From positions 1-41,590 of the forward strand of contig JAIERY010000185.1 of the NCBI GenBank assembly GCA_019746425.1: a stretch of 41,590 nucleotides of DNA. Direction: 5' to 3'. This document shows, piece after piece, positions 29,729 to 38,872 of this stretch. Position 1 is the first letter of the stretch. Each line of letters starts with the position of its first letter. The position numbers were made by a program, and so were the translations under genes. The notes under the pieces are model-generated. The model worked only from the letters and a program-made list of their open reading frames with translations. It was not told the origin of the DNA and did no database searches. The DNA is from Cytophagaceae bacterium (lineage in GTDB: Bacteria; Bacteroidota; Bacteroidia; Cytophagales; Cytophagaceae).

Positions 29729-30294
29729 GTTTTTTTTATAAACTCTTCAATAACCCTTGGGAAGTGCTCATGTTCCAGCGTCTGTACTTTTTGGGCTACC
29801 ATATCTGCGGTATCTCCGGGATCTACACAGCACCTGGCCTGAAAAATGATTTTACCTTCATCGTATTTCTCATTGACCATATGTATTGAAATTCCGGTTT
29901 CTTTTTCTCCTGCAGCTACTACTGCTTCGTGAACAAATTTCCCATACATTCCTTTTCCTCCGTAAGCAGGTAGTAAGGCCGGGTGAATATTGATGATGCG
30001 GCCGGGAAAAGCTTTGATTAAGTTCTGGGGAATAAGCCATAAAAAACCTGCCAGTATAATCCAGTCTGTCTTTAATTGTGTCAGCTCATTGACTATTTCA
30101 TCGGAATCACAAAAGCTTTTTCTGTCAAAGACCCGGGTAGGTATTCCGAAGTTTTTTGCTCTTTCCAGTGCATAGGCATTTTTATTATTGGAAAGTAAAA
30201 CGTTGATGCTGATATCAGGTGATGATTTAAAATATTCCATTATTTTCTGGGCGTTGGAACCAGAACCGGAAGCTAAAATAGCAATATTGGTCAT
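29713..30294 (-). CDS. purN: Phosphoribosylglycinamide formyltransferase
   Basis: IAILASGSGSN, LAGFL, NIHPALLP and YDEG motifs. ATG 30294 preferred to the TTG at 30321. Confidence 0.95.
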   Translation of the reverse strand: MTNIAILASGSGSNAQKIMEYFKSSPDISINVLLSNNKNAYALERAKNFGIPTRVFDRKSFCDSDEIVNELTQLKTDWIILAGFLWLIPQNLIKAFPGRIINIHPALLPAYGGKGMYGKFVHEAVVAAGEKETGISIHMVNEKYDEGKIIFQARCCVDPGDTADMVAQKVQTLEHEHFPRVIEEFIKKTGNWQ

Positions 30295-30334
30295 TGCAGA
30301 TAAAGGTAAAATGAGAAGCAAATATACGGGAAGA

Positions 30335-31204
30335 TCAAATAAATACCATGCTTACTACACCTCCCACCATAATGAACTTACATATCCTGCTTAAAACCCT
30401 GAAATCTTTACTGTTGTCGGCCTTGGTAAGCCTGATAATAAGAAATATCACAGGTAGCAATATGAGGGCAGAGAAATAGTAAACCATTTCTTTTCTGAAA
30501 TCTTTTCCCAGTAAAAGCAGAATTATCAAAAAGAGAACCAGCAGCATGTATAAAAATATTTTGGTTTTTCTTATACCGTATACCAGTGGAAGTGTCCTGC
30601 AACCAAAAGCGCTGTCCCCTTTTACATCCTCCATGTCCTTGATGATTTCCCTTATTAATGAAATGAAGAAGGCAAAGACAGCAAAATTGATAATCAGCAA
30701 TTCATTTTTTTTATAATATAAGGCAATGATAAGAATGGATAGTGATGTCAGCGCCGATACAATAATGTTTCCCACTAATGGCAATCTTTTAAGTGAGTTG
30801 GAATAGAGCCATAAAAAATATGCTGCCAGGAAATTGACTGCGGCTATTTTCCATGACACGATTAAACCGATAAGGATCCCTGTAAAATTTAATACGGTGT
30901 GGCCGAATATAGCTATTCTTCTCGTCAATAATTTTCCTACTACTACGCGTTTAGGTTTATTGATCATATCAATTTTAATATCATAATAATCATTAATGAT
31001 ATAACCTGCGGCAGCGATCATGCCGGTAGAAAGAACGATCAGGAAAAGATTGATATCGGTGATAATGCTTTTCCAGTTTTCTTTTGGTCCGGCTAAGAAT
31101 ATGGCTGCGAAATATTGAGTAAGAACAAGTATGACGAGGTTACCAAAGCGGATAAGCTTCAGGAATGCGCTTAGAGAAGATTTAAGATGTAACTTCCTGG
31201 CCAT
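30335..31204 (-). CDS. UbiA-family prenyltransferase (DGGGP synthase-like)
   Basis: NDYYDIKIDMINKP and REIIKDMEDVKGD Asp-rich motifs; multiple TM segments. Confidence 0.88.
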   Translation of the reverse strand: MARKLHLKSSLSAFLKLIRFGNLVILVLTQYFAAIFLAGPKENWKSIITDINLFLIVLSTGMIAAAGYIINDYYDIKIDMINKPKRVVVGKLLTRRIAIFGHTVLNFTGILIGLIVSWKIAAVNFLAAYFLWLYSNSLKRLPLVGNIIVSALTSLSILIIALYYKKNELLIINFAVFAFFISLIREIIKDMEDVKGDSAFGCRTLPLVYGIRKTKIFLYMLLVLFLIILLLLGKDFRKEMVYYFSALILLPVIFLIIRLTKADNSKDFRVLSRICKFIMVGGVVSMVFI

Positions 31205-31241
31205 AGCAAAAAAATAGATTCGGGAGATAAGTTAGGAATTT

Positions 31242-31295
31242 AAAAAGCTGAAAGCAAAAGGCTTAAAGCTTTTAGCTCTTCGCCTTCAGCTTTTT
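31242..31295 (-). terminator. Heptad-like hairpin and probable terminator after the beta-lactamase
   Basis: Minus strand AAAAAGCTGAAGGCGAAGAG...CTTTTGCTTTCAGCTTTTT; mismatches become G-U pairs on this strand. Confidence 0.6.
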
Positions 31296-32191
31296 TACAG
31301 CAACAATTTTAATCTTCGAAGAATTTGTTTGGTAATTTCAATACGGGCAGCGGGGAAATTTTCATTGTTCTCCTCGGTATTCTGCAGGCATGTAGCGAAA
31401 AAATACACTTTGCCATTGGTCTCGAGATATCCTACGAACCAGCCTATGTCCTGGTAGTTTTCATATCCCCAGCCGGTTTTGCCCCGGAGCGTATAAGTGT
31501 CTGTCTGCTCCCTGATCATTATTCTTTTCACGATCTCCATATTTTTTTTAGAGAAAGGGAGCTGGTTCAGGTATAGTTTTTTCAGAAAATTCAGTTGTTG
31601 TTCGGGAGTAATGCGTAGCCCTCCGGTAAGCCAGAAATGATCTATGCCTCCGGTGGTATCCATATTCCCATATTGTGCTTTATTAAGCCAATACTTCATC
31701 TTTTTTCCTCCAACACGCCGTGCAACCTCCTGGTAGAACCAGACTGTTGAATTGGAAAAAGCTGTTTTCATATCCTGATCTTTGTTCCAGGCAGGCACCC
31801 ATCTTTCAATGCTATCCCATTTGATTACTGTGTTTTCATCTTTCAATACTTTTGTCTCTAATGCTATCAATGAATTCAGAATTTTAAAAGTAGAGGCAGG
31901 AGAATAATATTTCCTGAATTCATAATCATCATAGAGTGTCACGGTATTTGTGTCGAGCTGAATCATGGAGAAAGAACCTTCTACATGATACTCTTCAAAG
32001 AGATCGTCTAAGCCGGAAAGGTATTGGACGGTGTCCTGGGAGAAGGATGTAATCGATATTAAAAGAAAGGAAAATAAAAATGCAGCTTTTCTTAGTTGCT
32101 GAAGCCAGAAGTTAGAGGTTAGAAGTTGGATCGCATATATCCAGCTTCTAACCTCTAACTTCCGACTTCCAATCAATTTAAAATTCATCAT
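31295..32191 (-). CDS. Class D (OXA-like) serine beta-lactamase family protein
   Basis: PASTFK, STV, YGN, FWL and GKTG motifs; hydrophobic signal segment ending SFS-Q. Confidence 0.88.
   Translation of the reverse strand: MMNFKLIGSRKLEVRSWIYAIQLLTSNFWLQQLRKAAFLFSFLLISITSFSQDTVQYLSGLDDLFEEYHVEGSFSMIQLDTNTVTLYDDYEFRKYYSPASTFKILNSLIALETKVLKDENTVIKWDSIERWVPAWNKDQDMKTAFSNSTVWFYQEVARRVGGKKMKYWLNKAQYGNMDTTGGIDHFWLTGGLRITPEQQLNFLKKLYLNQLPFSKKNMEIVKRIMIREQTDTYTLRGKTGWGYENYQDIGWFVGYLETNGKVYFFATCLQNTEENNENFPAARIEITKQILRRLKLLL
32101..32169. repeat. 69-bp heptad-periodic hairpin within the 5' end of the beta-lactamase ORF
   Basis: 31-bp arms GAAGCCAGAAGTTAGAGGTTAGAAGTTGGAT (32101-32131) and 32139-32169 match 28/31; 7-nt loop. 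Confidence 0.85.
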
Positions 32192-32209
32192 TCAACACTT
32201 AAAATTATA

Positions 32210-32710
32210 TTACCATTTCTCAACCGTCCACTTTCCCTGCGCTCTCATCACTTTTTCGATCACATCTCTCACCGCGCCCCTGCCGCCCGGGAAGGGAGAA
32301 ATATATTTACATATGACTTTAATATCCTGTACTGCATCAGCCGGACAAGTAGGCAGTCCTACCAGCTTTAGCATTTTATAATCGGGAATATCATCGCCCA
32401 TATAAAGTACCTGATCTTTATTGATGTTCTTATCTTTAGTGTAATTATTATACAGCTCAAGCTTGTCTTTTACTCCCAGAAAAATATCTCTTATTCCCAG
32501 GAAGGTTAACCTGTTTTTTACTCCTTCTTCAAATCCACCTGATATGATAATGACATTGTATCCGTTTTGTATAGCTTTCTCAATAGCATATCCGTCCTTA
32601 ATAAAAAATGTTCTGGAGTGCTCACCATCTTTAAATGATTGGACACTGCCGTCGGTGAGTACGCCATCGACGTCGAATATGAAAGTGTTTATATTTGAAA
32701 ATCCCAGCAT
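32210..32710 (-). CDS. kdsC: KDO 8-phosphate phosphatase (KdsC/YrbI HAD family)
   Basis: FDVDGVLTDG, KDG, YMGDDIPD and GGRGAVRDVIE motifs. Confidence 0.88.
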   Translation of the reverse strand: MLGFSNINTFIFDVDGVLTDGSVQSFKDGEHSRTFFIKDGYAIEKAIQNGYNVIIISGGFEEGVKNRLTFLGIRDIFLGVKDKLELYNNYTKDKNINKDQVLYMGDDIPDYKMLKLVGLPTCPADAVQDIKVICKYISPFPGGRGAVRDVIEKVMRAQGKWTVEKW

Positions 32711-32765
32711 GAGAAGATTAAAGTTAAAAAGTAAAAATCATTTTCTAATATCTAAAGTCTAATAT

Positions 32766-33551
32766 CTAATTTCTATCCTTTGCCATTTTTAAAATACTTT
32801 CCGAAAGCATGCGGTAAATTTCTTTTTTATCAAGGTCTTCTTTTAAGTAGCTAAGGTGTTCCTGCAGGGTTTTTACATCCTGCCGTATTGCTGGTCCGGT
32901 TTGCATTTCTGCAGGATCGTTATCCAGCGCTTTGTTGATCGTCTCGCTTATTAAAGGATCGAGGATCTGAAAATTAATTTCCTCGTTGTCGCATATCTCT
33001 TTGGATATAGCCATCAGGTGATTGGTAAAATTGCAGGCGAAAACTGCTGCGACGTGCAACACCTTTCTTTTTTCGGAATTAAAATAATAAATATGCTTAG
33101 TGATGCTTTTTGCAAGATTTGTTAAAATCTTTTTAGTGTCGTCATTAGATGCTTCAATGCAAAGCGGTATGGTGTCGAAAGAAATTTTTCTTTGTTTGGA
33201 GAAGGTCTGCAGGGGATAAAAAACTCCTTTATGAAAAAATAACAGGTCAAGTACATCAATAGGCCTGGTCCCGGAAGTATGGGCGATTATGGCATCATCC
33301 GGAATTCTCAAATCAGTGAGTACAGATTCCAGCGCATCATCGGATACGGCTACTAAAAAAATATCCGCTTCGCTCTCTGTAAAATCCAGGTCGTCGGTAG
33401 GGAAGGCATCATACAGTTTAGCGCAGAGTTTTTTAGCATGATCAATATTACGCGAATATACTTCCTGAATGGAATGACCGGCATCTTCCAGGGCCTGCGA
33501 TAGGTGCCAGGCAACGTTACCTGAGCCGATGATGGTTATTTTATATGACAC
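32766..33551 (-). CDS. Rossmann-like and DUF2520 domain protein
   Basis: IGSGNVA, AVSDD, HTSG, FYPLQTFS, HVAAVFACNF and QTGPAIR motifs; GTG start. Confidence 0.85.
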   Translation of the reverse strand: MSYKITIIGSGNVAWHLSQALEDAGHSIQEVYSRNIDHAKKLCAKLYDAFPTDDLDFTESEADIFLVAVSDDALESVLTDLRIPDDAIIAHTSGTRPIDVLDLLFFHKGVFYPLQTFSKQRKISFDTIPLCIEASNDDTKKILTNLAKSITKHIYYFNSEKRKVLHVAAVFACNFTNHLMAISKEICDNEEINFQILDPLISETINKALDNDPAEMQTGPAIRQDVKTLQEHLSYLKEDLDKKEIYRMLSESILKMAKDRN

Positions 33552-33557
33552 TTAAAT

Positions 33558-33670
33558 AATTTTAAATTCTCAATTCTCAATTTTAAATTAAAATCAAGGA
33601 TATTGAATATATAAAGACAATTTAATTGAGAATTCCCGCAAGGGATAAATAAAATTCAAAATTGAGAATT
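33558..33670. repeat. Heptad-periodic AT-rich repeats (AATTCTC/AATTGAG)
   Basis: AATTTTAAATTCTCAATTCTCAATTTTAAATT with inverted AATTGAGAATT copies; embedded TCCC-GCAA-GGGA mini-hairpin. Confidence 0.6.
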
Positions 33671-36221
33671 ATTCAACTCCCTTATCCCTCATTTTTACAA
33701 ACTCACTATATCTTCTCGCAATGGCGATGAATAAACCTAAGACTAAAAGCAAGGTGCCTATCCAAAGCACATTGATCATAGGTTTTTCTATCGCTTTGAG
33801 AATGATCCAGTCTCTGTCGGATGCGCTTACCTGAAAGACAAATTTATCTTCCGCCGGATTATCGGGAGATGGATTGATATAAAAGAAAACAATTCTCATT
33901 CCCAGGTCTTCAATTACATAAGGAACTCCCCAGACATTTTCTTTATCCTGAACGATGATGGAAGGTTCCGCTTTGTAAGTATCATATTTCCCCAACACTC
34001 TTAATTGCGCTTTCGCTACCAGAATTTTCTGGTCTTTTTGTATTCCCGGGAAACTGGTGTCTTTTTTAATTCCATCCAGTATAACAATATGATCATTGAA
34101 GAACATTGTATCTTTTATTTTCCCGGTATGTTCTTCAGGCGGCGACCATTGTCTTTCTTCTTCCAGCTTAGGAATAGAAGAAATATGTGTGTAAAGATCT
34201 TTTCCTAAAAATCGCTGTATGTCGGGTGAGACCACAAAGCCCATTTGCTTATTGATCTGAACTCTCGGGTAAAGGGTGAATATTTCTCCGGCTTCATTTT
34301 CAAACTCTACTCTGTAATAATGATTTTCCGGAATCAGATTCACAGTATCTCCTTTTGCAAAGTAGAGCTTGCCTTTGTGTGAAATATTTTCCATGGCAAT
34401 TGCCTGCGTGAGATTTTCAAGCTGCAGGATTTTTTCTTTGGGAACATAACCTGGAAAATTTTTAGCTTCTACATATACGCCTTGATATTTTAAAGCGAAA
34501 GTCCCCATTTTTACAGGTTCTCCGCGCTCCAGTCTTACATTGTCCTGGCTTTCTTTTACATCTTCAAAGTATCTTACACCGGATTGATTCAGAGAAACTA
34601 TTTTGGAATATCCGGACGAAAATAAAATTCCTATCAGCATCAGGGCGATTCCCATATGAGCAATGCTGCCGCCGGAAAGTTTATAATTTCCTTTGATAAC
34701 GCTCAGGAATATGATAAAGTTTGCTGTCGCAGAAAATATGGAAGCAGTAAGCAGAATTATATAGGAAACTTTGCTGATCTCGCCGAAGTAAATGATAAGA
34801 CTCGAGGCGAGCAGGCTAATGATGAAAGGAATGGCTAAGGTGTTTTTAATTTTTTCCTTATCCATTTTCTGCCACCAGAAATACTGACCTACTCCTGAAA
34901 GTATGGCGATTATTATGGCGAACCAGATCTGCCAATTACTGTAATGTTCTTCCTGATTGGCAGGAGGAGCGATGTTGGTTCCGAAAATTTTATTGTAAAC
35001 AGGAATTGAAGTAGTTGCCAATACTTGTAAAGCGGCAAGGCATAATACAGTTACTCCGATAAAAATCCAGAATTCCCGTGAATATAAACCGGCTTCTTTA
35101 TCTGTGAATGGAATTTCTTTCCATCGTATGATCATTAAAACTACAGACAGTACCGAGAAGGCGAGCAGATAAATTAAAAGTTGTCCGGATAAACCCAGGT
35201 CTGTGAAAGAATGCACAGAAGACGAGCCCAGGATTCCGCTTCGGGTAAGAAAGGTGGAATACAGAATTAAAATGAATGTAAGCACTGTAAGTATAACAGA
35301 TGCAGTTAATGCATTGCCGCTGTTCTTATAAGCGATCATAGTATGAATACTGGCCACTAAAACAAGCCATGGAATATACACTGCATTTTCTACCGGATCC
35401 CAGTTCCAGTATCCGCCGAAATTCAATGTTTCATATGCCCAGTAACCTCCCATTAATATTCCTGTTCCTAATATGAGCGCGGAAAATAAAGCCCATGGTA
35501 GTGCAGGTCTTACCCATTCTTTATATTTTCTTTCCCATAAACCTGCGATACAATAAGCAAATGGAACAAGGGTAGAAGCAAAGCCGAGGAACAGTGTAGG
35601 AGGGTGGATGACCATCCAGTAGTTCTGCAGCAAAGCATTTAAGCCGGAACCATCTTCAGGAATATAATTGGGTTTTAATTTAAATACCGGCAGATCTGCC
35701 ATCTGGTCTTTGAAAAGAATAAAGGGAGAGCTTCCCAGTTTTAATTCTATTGCCGGGATTACCACTCCTATAATCATCGAAGCGAGGAATGCTTGCACCA
35801 GGCAGAATATGGTCATAAGAGGAGCTTCCCATGTCTTGTTTACTTTGATCAATACCAATCCAAGCAATACATGCCAAAAGATCCACAGCAGGAAACTTCC
35901 TTCCTGTCCTTCCCAGAAACAGGAGATCATATAATGAGTCGGGAGATCATTCGAAGAATGATCCCATGCATAATAATATTCGTAGCGATGATTATAAATA
36001 ATAAGGAAAAGAGAAGTAACTACCCCTATTACAGAAGCAGCGTGAAAGTAAAAAGCAACCCTCGCAAATTTTTTCCAGGAAATGGTGTTGGCGTCAAGCT
36101 CTCCTGATTTTTTTCTAAGAGTGGTGTTTTTCCAGTAGGCGTAAGCAGCAAGGATGGAAGATATGAAAGCTGTTATTACAAATAAATGTCCGGCATCACC
36201 GATCTTAAATTCCCAGTTCAT
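33669..36221 (-). CDS. ccmF: Cytochrome c heme lyase CcmF
   Basis: WEGQEGSFLLW, IHPP, WAYETLNFGGYWNWDPVEN (WWD domain) and TFLTRSG...SVHSF motifs. Confidence 0.92.
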   Translation of the reverse strand: MNWEFKIGDAGHLFVITAFISSILAAYAYWKNTTLRKKSGELDANTISWKKFARVAFYFHAASVIGVVTSLFLIIYNHRYEYYYAWDHSSNDLPTHYMISCFWEGQEGSFLLWIFWHVLLGLVLIKVNKTWEAPLMTIFCLVQAFLASMIIGVVIPAIELKLGSSPFILFKDQMADLPVFKLKPNYIPEDGSGLNALLQNYWMVIHPPTLFLGFASTLVPFAYCIAGLWERKYKEWVRPALPWALFSALILGTGILMGGYWAYETLNFGGYWNWDPVENAVYIPWLVLVASIHTMIAYKNSGNALTASVILTVLTFILILYSTFLTRSGILGSSSVHSFTDLGLSGQLLIYLLAFSVLSVVLMIIRWKEIPFTDKEAGLYSREFWIFIGVTVLCLAALQVLATTSIPVYNKIFGTNIAPPANQEEHYSNWQIWFAIIIAILSGVGQYFWWQKMDKEKIKNTLAIPFIISLLASSLIIYFGEISKVSYIILLTASIFSATANFIIFLSVIKGNYKLSGGSIAHMGIALMLIGILFSSGYSKIVSLNQSGVRYFEDVKESQDNVRLERGEPVKMGTFALKYQGVYVEAKNFPGYVPKEKILQLENLTQAIAMENISHKGKLYFAKGDTVNLIPENHYYRVEFENEAGEIFTLYPRVQINKQMGFVVSPDIQRFLGKDLYTHISSIPKLEEERQWSPPEEHTGKIKDTMFFNDHIVILDGIKKDTSFPGIQKDQKILVAKAQLRVLGKYDTYKAEPSIIVQDKENVWGVPYVIEDLGMRIVFFYINPSPDNPAEDKFVFQVSASDRDWIILKAIEKPMINVLWIGTLLLVLGLFIAIARRYSEFVKMRDKGVE

Positions 36222-36634
36222 TATAGTGCAGCCTTAGGTTCCTGGTTCTCGTACTTAGAAGGACATTTCATTAAAATATCATCCGCTAAAAAAACATTTT
36301 CTTTTACACTGCCCACAATCACTACCTGTTCTGATTTTTCAAAGTCCTGGGGTTTGATATTAAGATAAACTACTCTTCTTTCTTCGTTGTTGTTGTCGAC
36401 AAGAATGAAAGAAAAAAAGTTTGTGGCTTTCGGATCATATTCCATTCCGATGATATTTCCCTGTGGGTCTTTCTTCAGCTTTCCTACTACATGCACTTTG
36501 TCATCGTCTCCGTCTGCAGCCATCTCATATGCTTCTTTGAAAGAAACATATTTGCTTGCGTCACCGGTAGTAGAAATAATAATTCCTATGGTAACGGCAA
36601 TAATGATCAGCGCTATGATGTGTGAAATTTTCAT
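36221..36634 (-). CDS. ccmE: Heme chaperone CcmE, CxxxY variant
   Basis: N-terminal TM segment, OB-fold-like body, ILMKCPSKY. Confidence 0.9.
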   Translation of the reverse strand: MKISHIIALIIIAVTIGIIISTTGDASKYVSFKEAYEMAADGDDDKVHVVGKLKKDPQGNIIGMEYDPKATNFFSFILVDNNNEERRVVYLNIKPQDFEKSEQVVIVGSVKENVFLADDILMKCPSKYENQEPKAAL

Positions 36635-36858
36635 TTGTTCTTTACTTCACTTTCGAGTTTGTTGATTTTCCTGTCTATGGAAATAAGATAAATCAGTAAC
36701 CCGATTAATACAATCAATACTGTTCCCACTACTACATAAATTTTTCCATTTGATCTCAGCAGATCAGCCATTTCAGTTTGTGTTTCCACAGGAGTTTTCC
36801 CTTGTGAAAAGACAGGTAAGGTAAGCAGGAACAGAAAAATGGTTAATATTCTTTTCAT
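36631..36858 (-). CDS. ccmD: CcmD family protein, Bacteroidota type
   Basis: 75 aa between ccmC and ccmE; MADLLRSNGKIYVVV, a TM segment and a charged tail. Confidence 0.75.
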   Translation of the reverse strand: MKRILTIFLFLLTLPVFSQGKTPVETQTEMADLLRSNGKIYVVVGTVLIVLIGLLIYLISIDRKINKLESEVKNK

Positions 36859-36859
36859 G

Positions 36860-37591
36860 TTATTTTACTTTATGATCAAGAATGACTGAATTTTCTTTTT
36901 CGTAATTTTTATCTATGACTAAATTATCAATAGTTCTTATTCTGATTCTTAAAGTGGCGATCCATACTCCCAGCAATGAGAAGGCGATTACTGCAGGGTA
37001 AAATACCATTCTCATTCTTGCATCCAGATCATATGCATTGAATCCTGGATTGCCACCGTTGCCCGGATGTAACGAATCTACTAATCTTGGTAGTACAAAT
37101 ATCAATACTATAAATGTCGGATAGGCAAGAATGCTGAACACGGCGCTTACCCTTGCTCTTAACTGATCGTCTGAGAAAGAAGCTCTTAAAACCATGTAAC
37201 CAAAATAAATCAGTAAGCCTGCTACAGAAGCTTTCTGCTTGGGATCTCCGCTCCAGAACTTTCCCCATGTATATTCGGCCCACAGCATTCCGGTTATTAA
37301 TCCTAAAATTCCGAAGATGGCTCCCATATTGACCATCTCTGAGGCGATGATATCAAATCTGGATTTTGAATTTGACAAGTATCCAATGCTGGCCACGGCA
37401 GATATGGTAAGCATGATGATCATCCCAAACCACATGGGAACATGGAAGTAAAGATTGCGGATACTTTCATTCAGGATATCTCTTCTGGGTACTTCCATCA
37501 GCAATCCGCCTATCACGGTATAAAAAAGAAGCAGTATGGCGAGGATCTTCCACCAGTTCAGTACGCTTTTCTTTTTTAATTCAATATTCAT
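36860..37591 (-). CDS. ccmC: Heme exporter CcmC
   Basis: YFHVP, WAEYTWGKFWSGDPK (WWD domain) and SLHP motifs. Confidence 0.92.
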   Translation of the reverse strand: MNIELKKKSVLNWWKILAILLLFYTVIGGLLMEVPRRDILNESIRNLYFHVPMWFGMIIMLTISAVASIGYLSNSKSRFDIIASEMVNMGAIFGILGLITGMLWAEYTWGKFWSGDPKQKASVAGLLIYFGYMVLRASFSDDQLRARVSAVFSILAYPTFIVLIFVLPRLVDSLHPGNGGNPGFNAYDLDARMRMVFYPAVIAFSLLGVWIATLRIRIRTIDNLVIDKNYEKENSVILDHKVK

Positions 37592-37626
37592 AATCTATTC
37601 AACATTCAGCATTCATAATTGAATTA
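37580..37626. repeat. Heptad-periodic repeats (TGAATAT/TGAATGT type) at the ccmB-ccmC junction
   Basis: Minus strand TATGAATGCTGAATGTTGAATAGATTATGAATATTGAAT supplies the predicted ccmC start, MNIE. Confidence 0.55.
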
Positions 37627-38289
37627 GCTTCGCCAAAGGTAAGGAAATAATAAATATGATAAGGCTCCCAGCATTACGTTAATTGACACCAGGATTAATA
37701 CATCTTTTGAACTCACCGACCATGCAAGTCCGTCAATGGCATTTTTTGAAATTTTGATCAAAAGCAGCAGCATTGGTATAATGACCGGAAAACTCAGAAT
37801 CGCCATTAAAGTACTGCTGTTATTCCCTTTGGAGGCAATACCTGATATCATTGTTAAGGTGGTAGAAAATCCAATGGCACCTAACAAAATATTTATCAGA
37901 AATAACTCTTTGTCCTGTACAGGATTTCCTAATACCACTGAATACATTCCAAAACCCATTAACGCAAGTATGGACATGATAATAGCATTATATACAATTT
38001 TAGAAAGTATGATTCCCTGCGGACTTGCTACAGAGTAATAATAAATATGCCTGGCGGCCCTCTCCTGCATAAAGCTTTTCGCCACTGCATTCACGGAAGT
38101 GAAAAGCAGGATAATCCAGAACAGCGCATTCCAGGTAGAAGCAAATAATTTGCTATTGCCAAAACTCAGGTAACAAATGAAAACGGTCGAGGCGAGGTAA
38201 AGCAAAATCCCATTGATGGCATATTTCTGCCTCCATTCCAGCAGGAATTCCTTTTGTATCAAAGCCAATGTTTCTTTTGCCAGTTCCAT
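37624..38289 (-). CDS. ccmB: Heme exporter permease CcmB
   Basis: 221-aa hydrophobic protein; KEFLLEWR, LFW, KSFMQE and LSFPVIIP motifs. Confidence 0.9.
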   Translation of the reverse strand: MELAKETLALIQKEFLLEWRQKYAINGILLYLASTVFICYLSFGNSKLFASTWNALFWIILLFTSVNAVAKSFMQERAARHIYYYSVASPQGIILSKIVYNAIIMSILALMGFGMYSVVLGNPVQDKELFLINILLGAIGFSTTLTMISGIASKGNNSSTLMAILSFPVIIPMLLLLIKISKNAIDGLAWSVSSKDVLILVSINVMLGALSYLLFPYLWRS

Positions 38290-38296
38290 GGAGTGG

Positions 38297-38304
38297 CAAA
38301 TTTA
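38297..38304 (-). promoter_or_regulatory. -7 promoter box for the ccm operon
   Basis: TAAATTTG 7 nt upstream of the ccmB ATG. Confidence 0.65.
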
Positions 38305-38394
38305 GGATAGAAAAACGGGATTTTTATAAGGATGAAGGATTTTAGGGGATTTTGAATAAAATATTTATCCTGGTAATAAGAATGGTCAGTATTC

Positions 38395-38458
38395 AAACCC
38401 GCAAGGATTTAAATCTATTTAGAAAGAACTTATTCTATTATTGAATCTTTGCGGGTTT
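38395..38458. repeat. REP-like inverted repeat or terminator
   Basis: AAACCCGCAAGGATTTAA ... TTGAATCTTTGCGGGTTT, matching 16/18. Confidence 0.6.
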
Positions 38459-38484
38459 AAGTTTCAAGGCTCTCAGGTATAACC

Positions 38485-38871
38485 TTATTCCTTATATAAA
38501 ACCCCCAATGTAGTATGGCTATTGTATTTTAAAATTGTGTCGGTTTCGAAGGAGTAATTCCAGGTATTGGCATATTTTTCCTGTGAAATAATATTGCCGG
38601 TATATTTTTCTCTATAACCTTTCTGGTTGAAAGTGATATTATCACGTTTCCTGTCAAGCGTATAGGTTCCAAAAACGCTATCTACCAATACGCTGTCCTG
38701 GCCGGCTCCGGCCCTCAGGTAATTGACAGCATAGGTATAATCGCCTTTAAAAGTATACCTGACATTAAAATCCGACCATTTTCCCAGCAGTTTGGGGTCA
38801 ATAGAATAATCTTTTTTGCAGGCAATTGCCAGCGTAAACAGGGTCAGAATAAGAATACATTTTTTCATCAT
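38485..38871 (-). CDS. Hypothetical lipoprotein (lipocalin-like)
   Basis: Lipobox LAIAC followed by KKD; LLGKW motif; beta-strand-rich. Confidence 0.7.
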   Translation of the reverse strand: MMKKCILILTLFTLAIACKKDYSIDPKLLGKWSDFNVRYTFKGDYTYAVNYLRAGAGQDSVLVDSVFGTYTLDRKRDNITFNQKGYREKYTGNIISQEKYANTWNYSFETDTILKYNSHTTLGVLYKE

Positions 38872-38872
38872 G

